Of a stretch of 35,280 bases of DNA, positions 16,882 to 26,397 are shown piece after piece. Both the position numbers and the translations under genes were made by a program. Origin of the DNA: a virus (taxonomy: Duplodnaviria; Caudoviricetes); IMG/VR virus record IMGVR_UViG_3300025018_000335, positions 1-35,280 of that record. One strand, written 5' to 3'. Position 1 is the stretch's first letter. Each line of letters opens with the position of its first letter. The notes beneath the pieces are model-generated. The model worked only from the letters and a program-made list of their open reading frames with translations. It was not told where the DNA came from and did not search any database.

Positions 16882-17559
16882 TTAAAACATTTGAAAAAAG
16901 TCTGATGTGTTTGTGGCTGCTGCTGGGGCTGGTTTTAGAGCAACAATGGCTGTTGCTCCGTTATCAGTACCAGAAGCTGTCCACTCTACCGCATATGAAC
17001 CCGCTGTAGTTGTGGTGCGAGACGCTCCAAAATTCTGAACACCTATCGTGCCATTATCCTGAGACCAGACAGCCGTTGCGGGAGAGTCAGGAGTCCAAGT
17101 TCTGTTGTTTCTTGAAGAGCCAGAACCCACTATTAGAGCATTATCTGTCAGAGAAGTTGTGGAAATGCTTATTGCAGTCCCCCCTCCTACCGTGCCTGTA
17201 GCGTTAGCCTCAATAAAATCTGTTTGGTCTACTCCTGTATAAGATACCGCTACCGCATACCTATCACTTACACCAGTACCTCCTGAATAAGTAATTGCAA
17301 CTGTATTTGACCCTGATGCGGGATTGGTTAATTTGAAAACAGCCTGACCTCTACTGTTGTCCACGGTATTTGAAACAAGTGTCATCGAAACACTGTTGTA
17401 TGTCGCTGAGACAATATGAGTACCAGATGTAATACCGTAATAATAATAGACAAGAAGACCTCTATCACTTCCTGCTGTTGTGTGCGAAAAACTAGCTGGA
17501 GAACCAGCGTCCATATTTGATTTAGGGGATTCTGTTTTTGAGTCAAATGCTATTGCCAT
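16882..17559 (-). CDS. Ser/Thr/Gly-rich tail-associated (receptor-binding-like) protein
   Basis: MAIAFD...SFSHTTAGSDRGLLV...ATYNSVSMT...NPASGSNTV. Confidence 0.6.
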   Translation of the reverse strand: MAIAFDSKTESPKSNMDAGSPASFSHTTAGSDRGLLVYYYYGITSGTHIVSATYNSVSMTLVSNTVDNSRGQAVFKLTNPASGSNTVAITYSGGTGVSDRYAVAVSYTGVDQTDFIEANATGTVGGGTAISISTTSLTDNALIVGSGSSRNNRTWTPDSPATAVWSQDNGTIGVQNFGASRTTTTAGSYAVEWTASGTDNGATAIVALKPAPAAATNTSDFFQMF

Positions 17560-17560
17560 A

Positions 17561-17677
17561 TTATTTCATTGCAATTATCGCCAATAATACTGTCCAAAGA
17601 ATAAGGAAAGGTGCAAAGATAAAAACCTCTATATGCCAGTAGTCTGCTATTTTGATTTTTTTAAGAAAATCTAACAT
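17561..17677 (-). CDS. 38-aa membrane protein
   Basis: Read manually: MLDFLKKIKIADYWHIEVFIFAPFLILWTVLLAIIAMK; fills the gap exactly. Confidence 0.65.
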   Translation of the reverse strand: MLDFLKKIKIADYWHIEVFIFAPFLILWTVLLAIIAMK

Positions 17678-17678
17678 A

Positions 17679-18695
17679 CTAAGTCTCGTTAGACACTGCT
17701 ACACATCCCCACTTGCTAGACACGCTATTCCACAAAAATCCGACCGTTAATAGTTTACTGATTACTGTAGTTGTGGGTAATGCTACTCCAGCATCTTCAA
17801 ATGAAGCCCCCCATGTTATCGCTCTTGCTGTTCCGTTATCTTTAATCCTGATGATGAGTTTTTGGAAGTTGGTCGGAGTACCGCTAAGGTTAGTGGTCAT
17901 TGAGGTTATCGCAGTAGCCAATGCTGTAATTGAATGAGCATCAGAGTTGTCTGTGTTTATCGTAGGTGTAGCAGAAGAAGTTTCAGATGATACACGGGGG
18001 GTTATTCTTTTGTTTGTAAGAGTGTTTGTAGAAGATATAGAAGGTATCACTACTCCTTCTACTGCAAGAACTCCCGCTGAGCTTCTTGAAAGTGTTGTGT
18101 CATTAGCGTGTCCTAATTCAAGTGAACCCACACCAAGCGCTGTTGAGGTTGAAGACGTTATTCCTGCGACAGGAAGTCCTGTTGCGTTTGTTAGTGTTCC
18201 GGATGAGGGAGTGCCTAAAGCCCCATTAAATGTTACAAATGCTCCCGCACTTCCCACATTTACTCCGAGAGCTGTTTCTACCCCAGTTCCAAAGGTAATT
18301 GTCGCTTGTTTCCCATTAAGCTGAGTTTGAATTGCAGAAGTTACACCATCTACATAGTTAAGTTCTGTTGTAGTGAGGGTTGCGCCATCAAGAATGTTTA
18401 GCTCTGTTGCTGTTGCTGTAAGTGCTACCGCTTCGTTTATGTTTGGAGATGTGAGTGTTTTGTTTGTGAGCGTTTCTGTTCCTGTTATAGATACCGCTTT
18501 ATCTGAACCAGTTACACCAGAAAGTTTATAGTCATGACTAGAAGTAACAGCAGAACCGTCTACTCCTACTTTTGCCTGTAGTGCTTCAATAGCATCATTT
18601 GCATCTGCGTGCTGTTGTGCGTGGTCAGGACTGGTTAAAACATCCGTTCCTAACGGGTTTGTGAATGTATCTAATGTTGTTGGGTAATTTATCAT
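17679..18695 (-). CDS. Tail fibre protein
   Basis: TLTNKTLTSP, TELNILDG/TELNYVDGVTSAIQTQLNGK, GTPSSGTLTNATGLP fibre motifs. Confidence 0.8.
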   Translation of the reverse strand: MINYPTTLDTFTNPLGTDVLTSPDHAQQHADANDAIEALQAKVGVDGSAVTSSHDYKLSGVTGSDKAVSITGTETLTNKTLTSPNINEAVALTATATELNILDGATLTTTELNYVDGVTSAIQTQLNGKQATITFGTGVETALGVNVGSAGAFVTFNGALGTPSSGTLTNATGLPVAGITSSTSTALGVGSLELGHANDTTLSRSSAGVLAVEGVVIPSISSTNTLTNKRITPRVSSETSSATPTINTDNSDAHSITALATAITSMTTNLSGTPTNFQKLIIRIKDNGTARAITWGASFEDAGVALPTTTVISKLLTVGFLWNSVSSKWGCVAVSNET

Positions 18696-18697
18696 GA

Positions 18698-19102
18698 TTA
18701 TATTTTATCGCTAGGGTCTATGTTGGTCCAAGATGAACTGTTTACACTTTCGTTATTCCATGATGCTGAATTGGGTGTACTATTTGTCCAAAATGTTTTT
18801 ATTCCATTGACTGCCTTAATTAGTGTCTCAGAGATGCCTATATTTTCTGTAAATGTTCGTGTGAGCGTTTGTATTTTTGTAAGCGTTTCTGATGCACTTA
18901 TGTTCTCTACTAATGTTTTTGTTATCGACCTTGTAATAGTGTCTGCAATAGAGAATGTCTCTATCACTGTTCTTGTAAGTGATCTTACAGCGGAGTCTGC
19001 TATACCGATTGTCTCGGTAAATGTCCTTGTCATAGAGGTGCTTCCTAAGTAATTCTTCTCAGCCTCATTGTATGTAATTCCAGCTTCGTTGTAAGTAATC
19101 AT
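18698..19102 (-). CDS. Thr-rich virion protein with ~18-aa degenerate repeats
   Basis: TRTFTETIGIAD / TRTVIETFSIAD / TKTLVENISASE / TRTFTENIGISE. Confidence 0.65.
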   Translation of the reverse strand: MITYNEAGITYNEAEKNYLGSTSMTRTFTETIGIADSAVRSLTRTVIETFSIADTITRSITKTLVENISASETLTKIQTLTRTFTENIGISETLIKAVNGIKTFWTNSTPNSASWNNESVNSSSWTNIDPSDKI

Positions 19103-19104
19103 AA

Positions 19105-19587
19105 TTAACTAAATGCAAAATCGTATTGTAATGTAACTGAGTCTCCATTCACTACATTAAGTGCTGAAAACACTTGGTGTCCTAGCATTGTTCCTGATGA
19201 ACTTGCGTTGAAAGCACCAATCTCAGTAACTGCCTTTGTTCCTGTTACAGGAAAAGTCTTTGCTAGTCGTAGTGTGTCATTTGTTACTGTTGTTGTTGTT
19301 TGTGAAACAGTTGCCGCCGCACGAGCAAGCCCCGAGTCTGTTATCTCAGTTTCAAGTGTTGTATCTGTCGCCGCTACCGCTGTCGTACCTGTTCCTACTG
19401 CTAGGAAAGTAAATGCTGTCTTTGAGCCTGTGTTTCCAACAAGTCCACTAATTTCTGCAAGTGAAGCGTTGGTTATCACATTGTCTTTTTCACGCACATC
19501 TTTCACATTTCCTTCACTGTCTCGTACTTCAATCTTGAAGTGACCTTTAATTTTTAATTTATCCTTCATATTATTCGTTATTATCAA
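19105..19587 (-). CDS. Tail/fibre-attachment structural protein
   Basis: LAVGTGTTAVAATDTTLETEI and VTEIGAFNASSSGTML motifs. Confidence 0.7.
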   Translation of the reverse strand: MIITNNMKDKLKIKGHFKIEVRDSEGNVKDVREKDNVITNASLAEISGLVGNTGSKTAFTFLAVGTGTTAVAATDTTLETEITDSGLARAAATVSQTTTTVTNDTLRLAKTFPVTGTKAVTEIGAFNASSSGTMLGHQVFSALNVVNGDSVTLQYDFAFS

Positions 19588-20284
19588 ATTGTACTAATAA
19601 TCTATTCGACCTGTCTCTGTCTCTATCTGAGATATGAGCCAGAAAATTGTTTGTTAATTCTTCCCTTCGCACTCTCAACGGGTCTAATCTATCTGGTCTG
19701 AATATACCCGCCCATTCTTCTGCTACTTCGTGAGCAATCACCTGGTCACCTAATCCTCCCATTCCCACATCTGTTGTTGTCGTACTTGCATCAAATTCGT
19801 TTATCTCTCGGTTATATGTGAGTTTTATACCTGCTGTAGTAGTAACCTGTGCAGATGATGGTGCTGGATAGAGGATGATTGACTCGTTTTCTAGTCTGTA
19901 ATATTCGGGTAATCCTTTTACTTCTCTAAACTCGTCAAGTGCTACATCTATGTTTGTATCATCTATTGGGTCTACTACGAACCAGTTTCCCGCACTATCT
20001 TTTACTTCTACTCTCCTTATTCCCATTGCATCTGTTGGTAGTGTATAGTCTGCTTGGTCGTCTACTAGAGTAGTAGTCGCTATTGGGAAAGTGGTATATC
20101 CTCCATCGTTAAAATCCCATGCATCTTGTTGCTTCCATACCTTTACTGCAAGGTTATATTTTGCGGTGTTTGTTGCTCTCGAAAGATCCGCAAGAGGAAA
20201 CTCGCTAGAGGAAATGCCACCGAGTAAGTACCATACATAGTGAGCAAGGCTATTATGTGTATTTGATGTATCGTTAAACTTCAT
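19571..20284 (-). CDS. Head-tail adaptor (tubular protein A-like)
   Basis: Follows portal; TLVDDQADYTLPTD...GLPEYY...IILYPAP. Confidence 0.7.
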   Translation of the reverse strand: MKFNDTSNTHNSLAHYVWYLLGGISSSEFPLADLSRATNTAKYNLAVKVWKQQDAWDFNDGGYTTFPIATTTLVDDQADYTLPTDAMGIRRVEVKDSAGNWFVVDPIDDTNIDVALDEFREVKGLPEYYRLENESIILYPAPSSAQVTTTAGIKLTYNREINEFDASTTTTDVGMGGLGDQVIAHEVAEEWAGIFRPDRLDPLRVRREELTNNFLAHISDRDRDRSNRLLVQFDNNE

Positions 20285-20285
20285 A

Positions 20286-21995
20286 TTATTCTTGCCCTAC
20301 GGGTGCTACTACTTGTAATTGTTGCGTACCTCCCCCCATTGCCATTCCTGTCGAAAGTCCAAGTAATCCTATTGGATTTGTACCTGCCAAAGACAATATC
20401 TGATTAAGTACCTTCTCTGCTCTAGGGTCTTGCTGTTCTGATAATACTGTGTAAAGACTTGTAAGGGTTGTAAGGTCAGTTGCGGTGTTGGAGTTTTCTC
20501 CAGTAATAACAATCTTTATCTTTGTTTTTATGTTGTCATAGAATTTGTCGGGTAATTCTGGAAATCTCTCATCTCTCTGTCGTAGTTTTTCCATTATCTT
20601 CATTCTCTCTGCTTCAACATGTTGAGGTAATGGATATACTCCATTTTTCTTTACGAACTTATCCATCTCCTTTTTAAGGATTGCGTTTGTCATTAGAAGG
20701 TCAAACTTATTCATTTCATCTGCTTCTGCGGTAAACGAGAATATGTGTCCTTTTCTTTTCTTCTTCTTAAACTCAGGGATTATAAAGTCTTCTATAATTC
20801 CAGTAATAAATAGTCCTAGCTTCTCTCTCTTGAAATTAAAGTATGAGTCTGTCGCATTTGAAAGTATTGCACCGAGTCTAAATGGTGTCCCTGATGGTAG
20901 CGACTCTCCTGTGTTTACTTCAAATGTAAATGATGTTCCGTCTGAGTTGTTGATTATTCTCTGATACAGTGCATTGAACTGAGCGAGGTTTCTTTCAGCC
21001 ATTGGTATCTCTGTGAAATCTCTTGATTCAATAACATCTCCGTTCCTCTTTGTTCTAAATAGGTTCTTTGGTACATTGGGGTCTGATGATCTGAATAGTT
21101 TTCTTGTATTCCACTCCAGTGCTTTTCTTTCCTTGTTGTTTACATCGTTATAGAACTCTTGTGCTTCAAAGTTTTCTTCTACTACACCAACACCAATTCC
21201 TCTGTGGTCTATACTCTCCCATGACAAAGACCTGTAAGGAAATACATCTAATTCTTGCTTGTGTAGTATGATTGTTGGTACTTCTTTCTTCTTCTTTTGC
21301 AGTTCTCTGTCAAAACCTGCACAAATAACAACACCAGGACTAAGTGTATCACCACCTCCGTCTACCAAGTCTCTCTCTTCGTAGTATCCATATCTTTCTA
21401 TAACTCCAATAGTTGCAATATCATTACTTTTGTAGAGTGCGAGTACCTCCTCAACTGCATCTTTATCCCACCCTAATTCTTCTGCTGTATTCTGAAACTC
21501 CTCTATTGTGTAGAGATGTTCTTCGTGCACCCATGGTGAGTCCTCAATGTGTAACTGAGGGTCATATCGAAGGTTATGTAATGAAACAACTTTCGGCTTT
21601 CCTTTTACATTCTTTACTACCACCTCTCCGTATTTTGGATATCTTTCTACAACATCGTTAAGAAACTCTCCAAAGTTCTCCTCCTTCATGAACTGTAAAA
21701 GTTCTTTCTCAAGAAACCACGCTTGAATATCTGAACCACCCTCTTCTGCTTGTACTTGAATGTCTTTTGTGTCAATATCCACACTCTTTTGTGAGGTCTT
21801 GACAGGTCTTTTATTTATGTTGAAAAATATCTTCTTGAAACCGTCAGAATCTCTTTCACCACCCATAAATTTGGAATTGTAGTACAACTCCGTCTTTCTT
21901 AGTGTACGAGGAAAATCAAACTCAAGACCCTCCGCTATAGTAACGGGTGTCTCAAAAATCTCTTTCTCTCTTTCTATATATCCTCTTATTTGCAT
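20286..21995 (-). CDS. Portal protein (podovirus-type)
   Basis: 569 aa; FFNINK...KYGEVVVK...GIGVVE...AQEFYN; precedes the adaptor. Confidence 0.7.
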   Translation of the reverse strand: MQIRGYIEREKEIFETPVTIAEGLEFDFPRTLRKTELYYNSKFMGGERDSDGFKKIFFNINKRPVKTSQKSVDIDTKDIQVQAEEGGSDIQAWFLEKELLQFMKEENFGEFLNDVVERYPKYGEVVVKNVKGKPKVVSLHNLRYDPQLHIEDSPWVHEEHLYTIEEFQNTAEELGWDKDAVEEVLALYKSNDIATIGVIERYGYYEERDLVDGGGDTLSPGVVICAGFDRELQKKKKEVPTIILHKQELDVFPYRSLSWESIDHRGIGVGVVEENFEAQEFYNDVNNKERKALEWNTRKLFRSSDPNVPKNLFRTKRNGDVIESRDFTEIPMAERNLAQFNALYQRIINNSDGTSFTFEVNTGESLPSGTPFRLGAILSNATDSYFNFKREKLGLFITGIIEDFIIPEFKKKKRKGHIFSFTAEADEMNKFDLLMTNAILKKEMDKFVKKNGVYPLPQHVEAERMKIMEKLRQRDERFPELPDKFYDNIKTKIKIVITGENSNTATDLTTLTSLYTVLSEQQDPRAEKVLNQILSLAGTNPIGLLGLSTGMAMGGGTQQLQVVAPVGQE

Positions 21996-21998
21996 AAT

Positions 21999-22066
21999 AA
22001 AAAAAGGCGACTATTTGTCGCCCACAGTATTGCTGTTGGGTTATTATTAAACTTATATATATTATA
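21999..22066 (-). promoter_or_regulatory. Promoter plus leader attenuator (bulged hairpin overlapping a terminator), copy 1
   Basis: TGCTATAAT; CCCA-A-CAG-CAATA-CTG-TGGG; GGCGAC...GTCGCC-T7. Confidence 0.75.
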
Positions 22067-22074
22067 GCACACTT

Positions 22075-22989
22075 TTACAAATGCAACAAATTTTGCAATC
22101 TTTTAAGTCTGTGGTCGTATGTGTGATTGTCTTTTGTGTGCTTCCACCCAGCAAGTATCATCTTTTTACGCTCTGATTCATTCTTTTTATAGAAATCCAT
22201 CTTTTCTTGCAACTCCTCAATGCTATCCCAGTATACTCGGACTGTTTCAGGGTATAATTCTTCATGCCCTGGAAACCTTTTGGTTAAAGGAAAGCCAAAA
22301 TATCCAGGTATTACCCAATATCTATTGGATACATACTTCTCTATGTCCCAAAAGTGTGAAATATCTAGAGTAAACTGCGCGTTTCCATAGATTTTAGGCA
22401 TATTCCAGTATATTTCTGCTCTTTGCTCTGGTGTATTGCCATCTATACGCTTTAATTTCATGTTACTTTCTAGGTGTTGGATTATCGCTCCCCTTTGTGC
22501 GAACGCTTTACCAAAACCTTTAGCACCAATAAATACAAAATATTCTTTGAATGAGTCATCTACGACAGGTTCATCGACAGGATCTACTGCGAGGGGTAAA
22601 AACTCAGGCGTCATGTTAAATTGTTGTTTTATGAAGTCTTTTTGTCCATCATTTGATACAAAAAATCTATCTACTGTTTCACTTAAGTCATTTATATCTT
22701 GACCAGTTCTCTCATCTCTTAGATCTCCATACCACATACAGATTATAGCATTAGGTAGTGCCTCACGAATGCGCTCTCGGGCTTGTGTATCTCTCATCAT
22801 GTCTATAAGCCCATAAACTATGACATCAGGTTTACTTGCGATTATATCATTGACATAATTTGGATTGTAACGACATGAAACAAAAGACCAATCCCATCCA
22901 CTTCTTGTAAGGGCACTTTTAAGACCTGACCAGTGTGTGCAGGCTTGTTCGTGTATTGGTTTATCTGCACCCACTATTGTTATTCGCAT
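22075..22989 (-). CDS. GT-B glycosyltransferase (CgeB/YkvP-like)
   Basis: WYGD, FIG, YVSNRYW...G, C-terminal HTYDHR. Confidence 0.8.
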   Translation of the reverse strand: MRITIVGADKPIHEQACTHWSGLKSALTRSGWDWSFVSCRYNPNYVNDIIASKPDVIVYGLIDMMRDTQARERIREALPNAIICMWYGDLRDERTGQDINDLSETVDRFFVSNDGQKDFIKQQFNMTPEFLPLAVDPVDEPVVDDSFKEYFVFIGAKGFGKAFAQRGAIIQHLESNMKLKRIDGNTPEQRAEIYWNMPKIYGNAQFTLDISHFWDIEKYVSNRYWVIPGYFGFPLTKRFPGHEELYPETVRVYWDSIEELQEKMDFYKKNESERKKMILAGWKHTKDNHTYDHRLKRLQNLLHL

Positions 22990-23429
22990 TTTATTAAAAC
23001 AGCGGTTATTATCCCGTTGTCGTTAGTTTTAAGGCTTCTAATCTCCCAACCCTTAAATCCGTACACACTTCCATACAACTTATACTCTCTTGAATCTTTG
23101 TTAAAGTAGGAAAACATATCAGGACTAAACCTTCTACAGTCATAGGGGTCTTTGTAGGCATTGACATGAAGTGCGTGTGGTACAACCACCCTCATAAACC
23201 CTCCTTCTTTAAGAACACGCCAACACTCATTCATTGCAAACAGTAAATGCTCGTTTTCTTGTATCTGCTCGAGTACACCACTAATATATATCTCCTCTAC
23301 TGTGTTGTTTTTAAAAGGGAGTTTATCTGTTCGTATGTCTAAATACTCATCCGCCCTTACTTCCTTTGAGACATCTATGTTTGTATATCCTTGCAGATAT
23401 TCACGCCCACATCCAATGTTCAGTCTCAT
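22980..23429 (-). CDS. SAM-dependent methyltransferase (type 11-like)
   Basis: LNIGCG...NID, LPF, RVLKEGG. Confidence 0.85.
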   Translation of the reverse strand: MRLNIGCGREYLQGYTNIDVSKEVRADEYLDIRTDKLPFKNNTVEEIYISGVLEQIQENEHLLFAMNECWRVLKEGGFMRVVVPHALHVNAYKDPYDCRRFSPDMFSYFNKDSREYKLYGSVYGFKGWEIRSLKTNDNGIITAVLIKCE

Positions 23430-24109
23430 TCTGTTTTTTTAGTAAATAATAACTTTGCTCTAATCTTATCCAAGTCACGATTTATCTCTCCTCTTTCATG
23501 AGATGCTTTGAATGAAGCAGAACCCACATGTTCTACGAGTACATCTCTACGCATTATTGCACCGCCTGTTCTCTTTGCTCTATGTGCCCATTCACTGTCT
23601 TGTCCGTAGATATAAAAGTCTTCATCAAAATCACCCAACTCCTCATAGAGTGTTTTCTTAAACAAAAAACAATAACCCGACCATATACCCGTGTTTACGG
23701 TGGGATCAGGATAAGGAGTTGCGTGTGATACTTGTTGATTAGCACCCCCTGGTGCAGAAGAAACGGGTATTACAAGCCCCGTCTCATCTATACTCTCCAT
23801 CATTCGTGTAAGCCAGCAGGGGTCTGTATCGGGTACAAAAGCATCAGAATCTATGAGCATTACATAATCACAAGTGGTCTCTTTGACCAACTTATTCCAT
23901 ATTCTTGAGGTATTAGCAGTGTTTAATCTGTTATCGTAGATAGTTAGCTTGAAAGGATGTTTGGTGTTGTCAATAATGCGACTGATAGCCTTCTTTTCCA
24001 CCTCTTCGTCTTTGTACTTGAGCATTATAATCTCCACACGCTTAGTTTCCTGCTCTGTTTTCATTGGAATCTGTGACAATTCCTTTAATTTTTCCATTTC
24101 TTCCTTCAT
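23426..24109 (-). CDS. GT2-family glycosyltransferase
   Basis: YDN, LIDSD (DxD), SGYCFL, GDFDEDFYIYGQD, VEHVGSAS. Confidence 0.85.
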   Translation of the reverse strand: MKEEMEKLKELSQIPMKTEQETKRVEIIMLKYKDEEVEKKAISRIIDNTKHPFKLTIYDNRLNTANTSRIWNKLVKETTCDYVMLIDSDAFVPDTDPCWLTRMMESIDETGLVIPVSSAPGGANQQVSHATPYPDPTVNTGIWSGYCFLFKKTLYEELGDFDEDFYIYGQDSEWAHRAKRTGGAIMRRDVLVEHVGSASFKASHERGEINRDLDKIRAKLLFTKKTE

Positions 24110-24486
24110 TTTAGGTCGTACATTAGTATTACATTCTGTCTGTGAGAATATTTGTTGATAACCTCAAATCCACAGTTCAAAAACATGGTCTCTACATAGT
24201 AATCATTCAATGTTCTTGCAAGGAGTATATTGCTTTCCTGGAGACCTCTTTCTTCTTGTACTACTTTTTGTATAAGTTTTGTGGCATAGCCTTTTTTCTT
24301 ATACTCATCTGGTGTAAAGAGGTGAAAAAGTATACTCACACCATCAAAAGCGAGAACATAGCAGTGCGATTTGTTGTCAATATCATACTTTCGCAACTTA
24401 AAATACGGATTGTCAATAGACATTAGTTTCTCTATCAACATTCCCCACTTTTCATTCCAATTAGGACTCTTTAGAAACTCTTGCAT
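24106..24486 (-). CDS. GNAT-family acetyltransferase
   Basis: LFTPDEYKKKGYATKLI acetyl-CoA motif A; FLNCGF. Confidence 0.75.
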   Translation of the reverse strand: MQEFLKSPNWNEKWGMLIEKLMSIDNPYFKLRKYDIDNKSHCYVLAFDGVSILFHLFTPDEYKKKGYATKLIQKVVQEERGLQESNILLARTLNDYYVETMFLNCGFEVINKYSHRQNVILMYDLK

Positions 24487-25490
24487 ATTGTTATGATCCT
24501 ATATACATCAGCAAGTGTCAAATCGTGGTGTAGAGGTACATGAAACATCTTATCTTCTATTGCATCCATGTATAGATATTTACCACGACCACAAAAGATG
24601 GTGTATTTGTCATTCCTGTAGTGGTGCGTTCCTGCCTCATATCCTGCTTCTTTGAGTTCCTTTACTATCTCATCTTTCTGGTGGTGTATGTAGGTAGCCA
24701 TCCAAACCCCTGCTTGAAAGCCATGTTCTTTATATAAATCTCTATATGTCCGTCTTCTTTGTATTACCCAGTCTATGGCGTGCAAGTTTCCAAGTGCAAT
24801 CGCCGCACTAATATCATTCATGTGGTATTTATAGCCAATCTCTGTGAGGTCTGTGTCTCCACACCGCTGTTTTTCTTCCCTGTCGTACCCAAACCACCTC
24901 AATCTCTTTGCCTTTTCGTGATCTTCCTTCCTTTTACATATTAAAATACCCCCATCGCCTGCCGTAAGTGTCTTGATTGCTTGTAATGATACGCAAGTAA
25001 AGTCTGCCTTACCCCAGTTCTCTGAACCTACCGCTTGTGCGGCGTCTTCAATCACGGTAATTCCATGCTCTGATGCTATTTCTAGTACCTCATCTAACCC
25101 CTCATTGCTACCTCCAAAGTGTACGAAGACAATTGCCTTAGTTTTTGGTGTTATCTTCGCTTTAATGTCCTCTGTATAGGCGTTGAGAGACTCACCAGCG
25201 TCTGCAAACACTATCTTCGCACCAATCCTCGCAAGAGGTATGTTAGTTGCAGTACAGGTCAATACAGGCGTTATTACTTCATCTCCTTTTTGTATACCTG
25301 CAAGTTCATATGCCAATTCTAGTGCAGATGTTCCTGAGTTTAGGGCACATACATTTTCAAAGCCAAATTTCTTTCCAAACTCCTCCTCAAATCTTTTTGC
25401 TACGGGACCTTCTGCTAGTTGTGTGCCCATTAGCACCTTTAATGCATAAAGTCTTGCTCTCCAGCTGATGTATGGTTTAAATAGTTTCAT
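24471..25490 (-). CDS. DegT/DnrJ/EryC1/StrS PLP-dependent sugar aminotransferase
   Basis: NSGTSAL, GDEVIT, IEDAAQA, SLQAIKTLTAGDGG. Confidence 0.93.
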   Translation of the reverse strand: MKLFKPYISWRARLYALKVLMGTQLAEGPVAKRFEEEFGKKFGFENVCALNSGTSALELAYELAGIQKGDEVITPVLTCTATNIPLARIGAKIVFADAGESLNAYTEDIKAKITPKTKAIVFVHFGGSNEGLDEVLEIASEHGITVIEDAAQAVGSENWGKADFTCVSLQAIKTLTAGDGGILICKRKEDHEKAKRLRWFGYDREEKQRCGDTDLTEIGYKYHMNDISAAIALGNLHAIDWVIQRRRTYRDLYKEHGFQAGVWMATYIHHQKDEIVKELKEAGYEAGTHHYRNDKYTIFCGRGKYLYMDAIEDKMFHVPLHHDLTLADVYRIITICKSF

Positions 25491-26397
25491 TGAAGTATTC
25501 AGTTATCCCTTCCTCAAAATTATATAATGGTTTCCACCCTAATGCAAACAGTCTTGATGCATCCATTTGATACTTTAAGTCCATGCCAGGTCTATCACCT
25601 TTAGATGTGGGTACTTCCTTCCCTGTTATGTCCTCAACTTTCTTTATAAGTTTACTTACTGTGAAGCCAGCATTGAGCGTAACATTGTATGTCCGATTTC
25701 CTCTTTCCATAATAAGTTCCATGACTTGCGGTATATTCTTTACATAGATATATTCACGATACCCTCTTCCTCCTTCATGTAATGGTACAACATACTTACC
25801 TTCTACCGCCTCTTTTATTGCAGGTAATATCTTTCTTTTGTCTTGTCGTGGTCCAAACACATTACAGAAGCGTGTTTCTGCTGTCTTATTACGCAACTCA
25901 GGATAAGAGTTGTCAAATGCTATTCTCATTAGTGAGCCTACAGCCTTAGAGCAAGAGTAGGGGTTCTTGGGAAATATAATATCAGTTTCTTGTTTAAGAA
26001 CCTCACACTCCCCATATACCTCATCGGTTGATACATATACAAACTTCTTGATGTCTGGTAGTCTTCTTGCCGCCTCAAATGCATTGAGATTAGCAAGTAT
26101 ATTTGACTGTAGTGTTTCGTATGAGAACTTAATAGAAAAGTCCACATCAGATATGGCTGCTGCATGAATAAGATAGTCTGGGTTTTCCTCGAGAATAATC
26201 TTTATTACAGAAGGATCAGACATATCATACTTATAGTATTTGAAACTTCCGTCTATTATCTCAGGATGAGAGCCTACACTCTCATTGTCAATAACAACAA
26301 CCTCATATCCTTTAGATACAAAGTATTCAGTAACATGGGAGAAGATAAAGCCTAGTCCACCTGTTATGAGTATTTTAGATGAGGGATTCAATGTCAT
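25477..26397 (-). CDS. NDP-glucose 4,6-dehydratase (RmlB-like extended SDR)
   Basis: ITGGLGFI, HAAA, STDEVYG, YSCSK, NVFGPRQ. Confidence 0.9.
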   Translation of the reverse strand: MTLNPSSKILITGGLGFIFSHVTEYFVSKGYEVVVIDNESVGSHPEIIDGSFKYYKYDMSDPSVIKIILEENPDYLIHAAAISDVDFSIKFSYETLQSNILANLNAFEAARRLPDIKKFVYVSTDEVYGECEVLKQETDIIFPKNPYSCSKAVGSLMRIAFDNSYPELRNKTAETRFCNVFGPRQDKRKILPAIKEAVEGKYVVPLHEGGRGYREYIYVKNIPQVMELIMERGNRTYNVTLNAGFTVSKLIKKVEDITGKEVPTSKGDRPGMDLKYQMDASRLFALGWKPLYNFEEGITEYFNETI

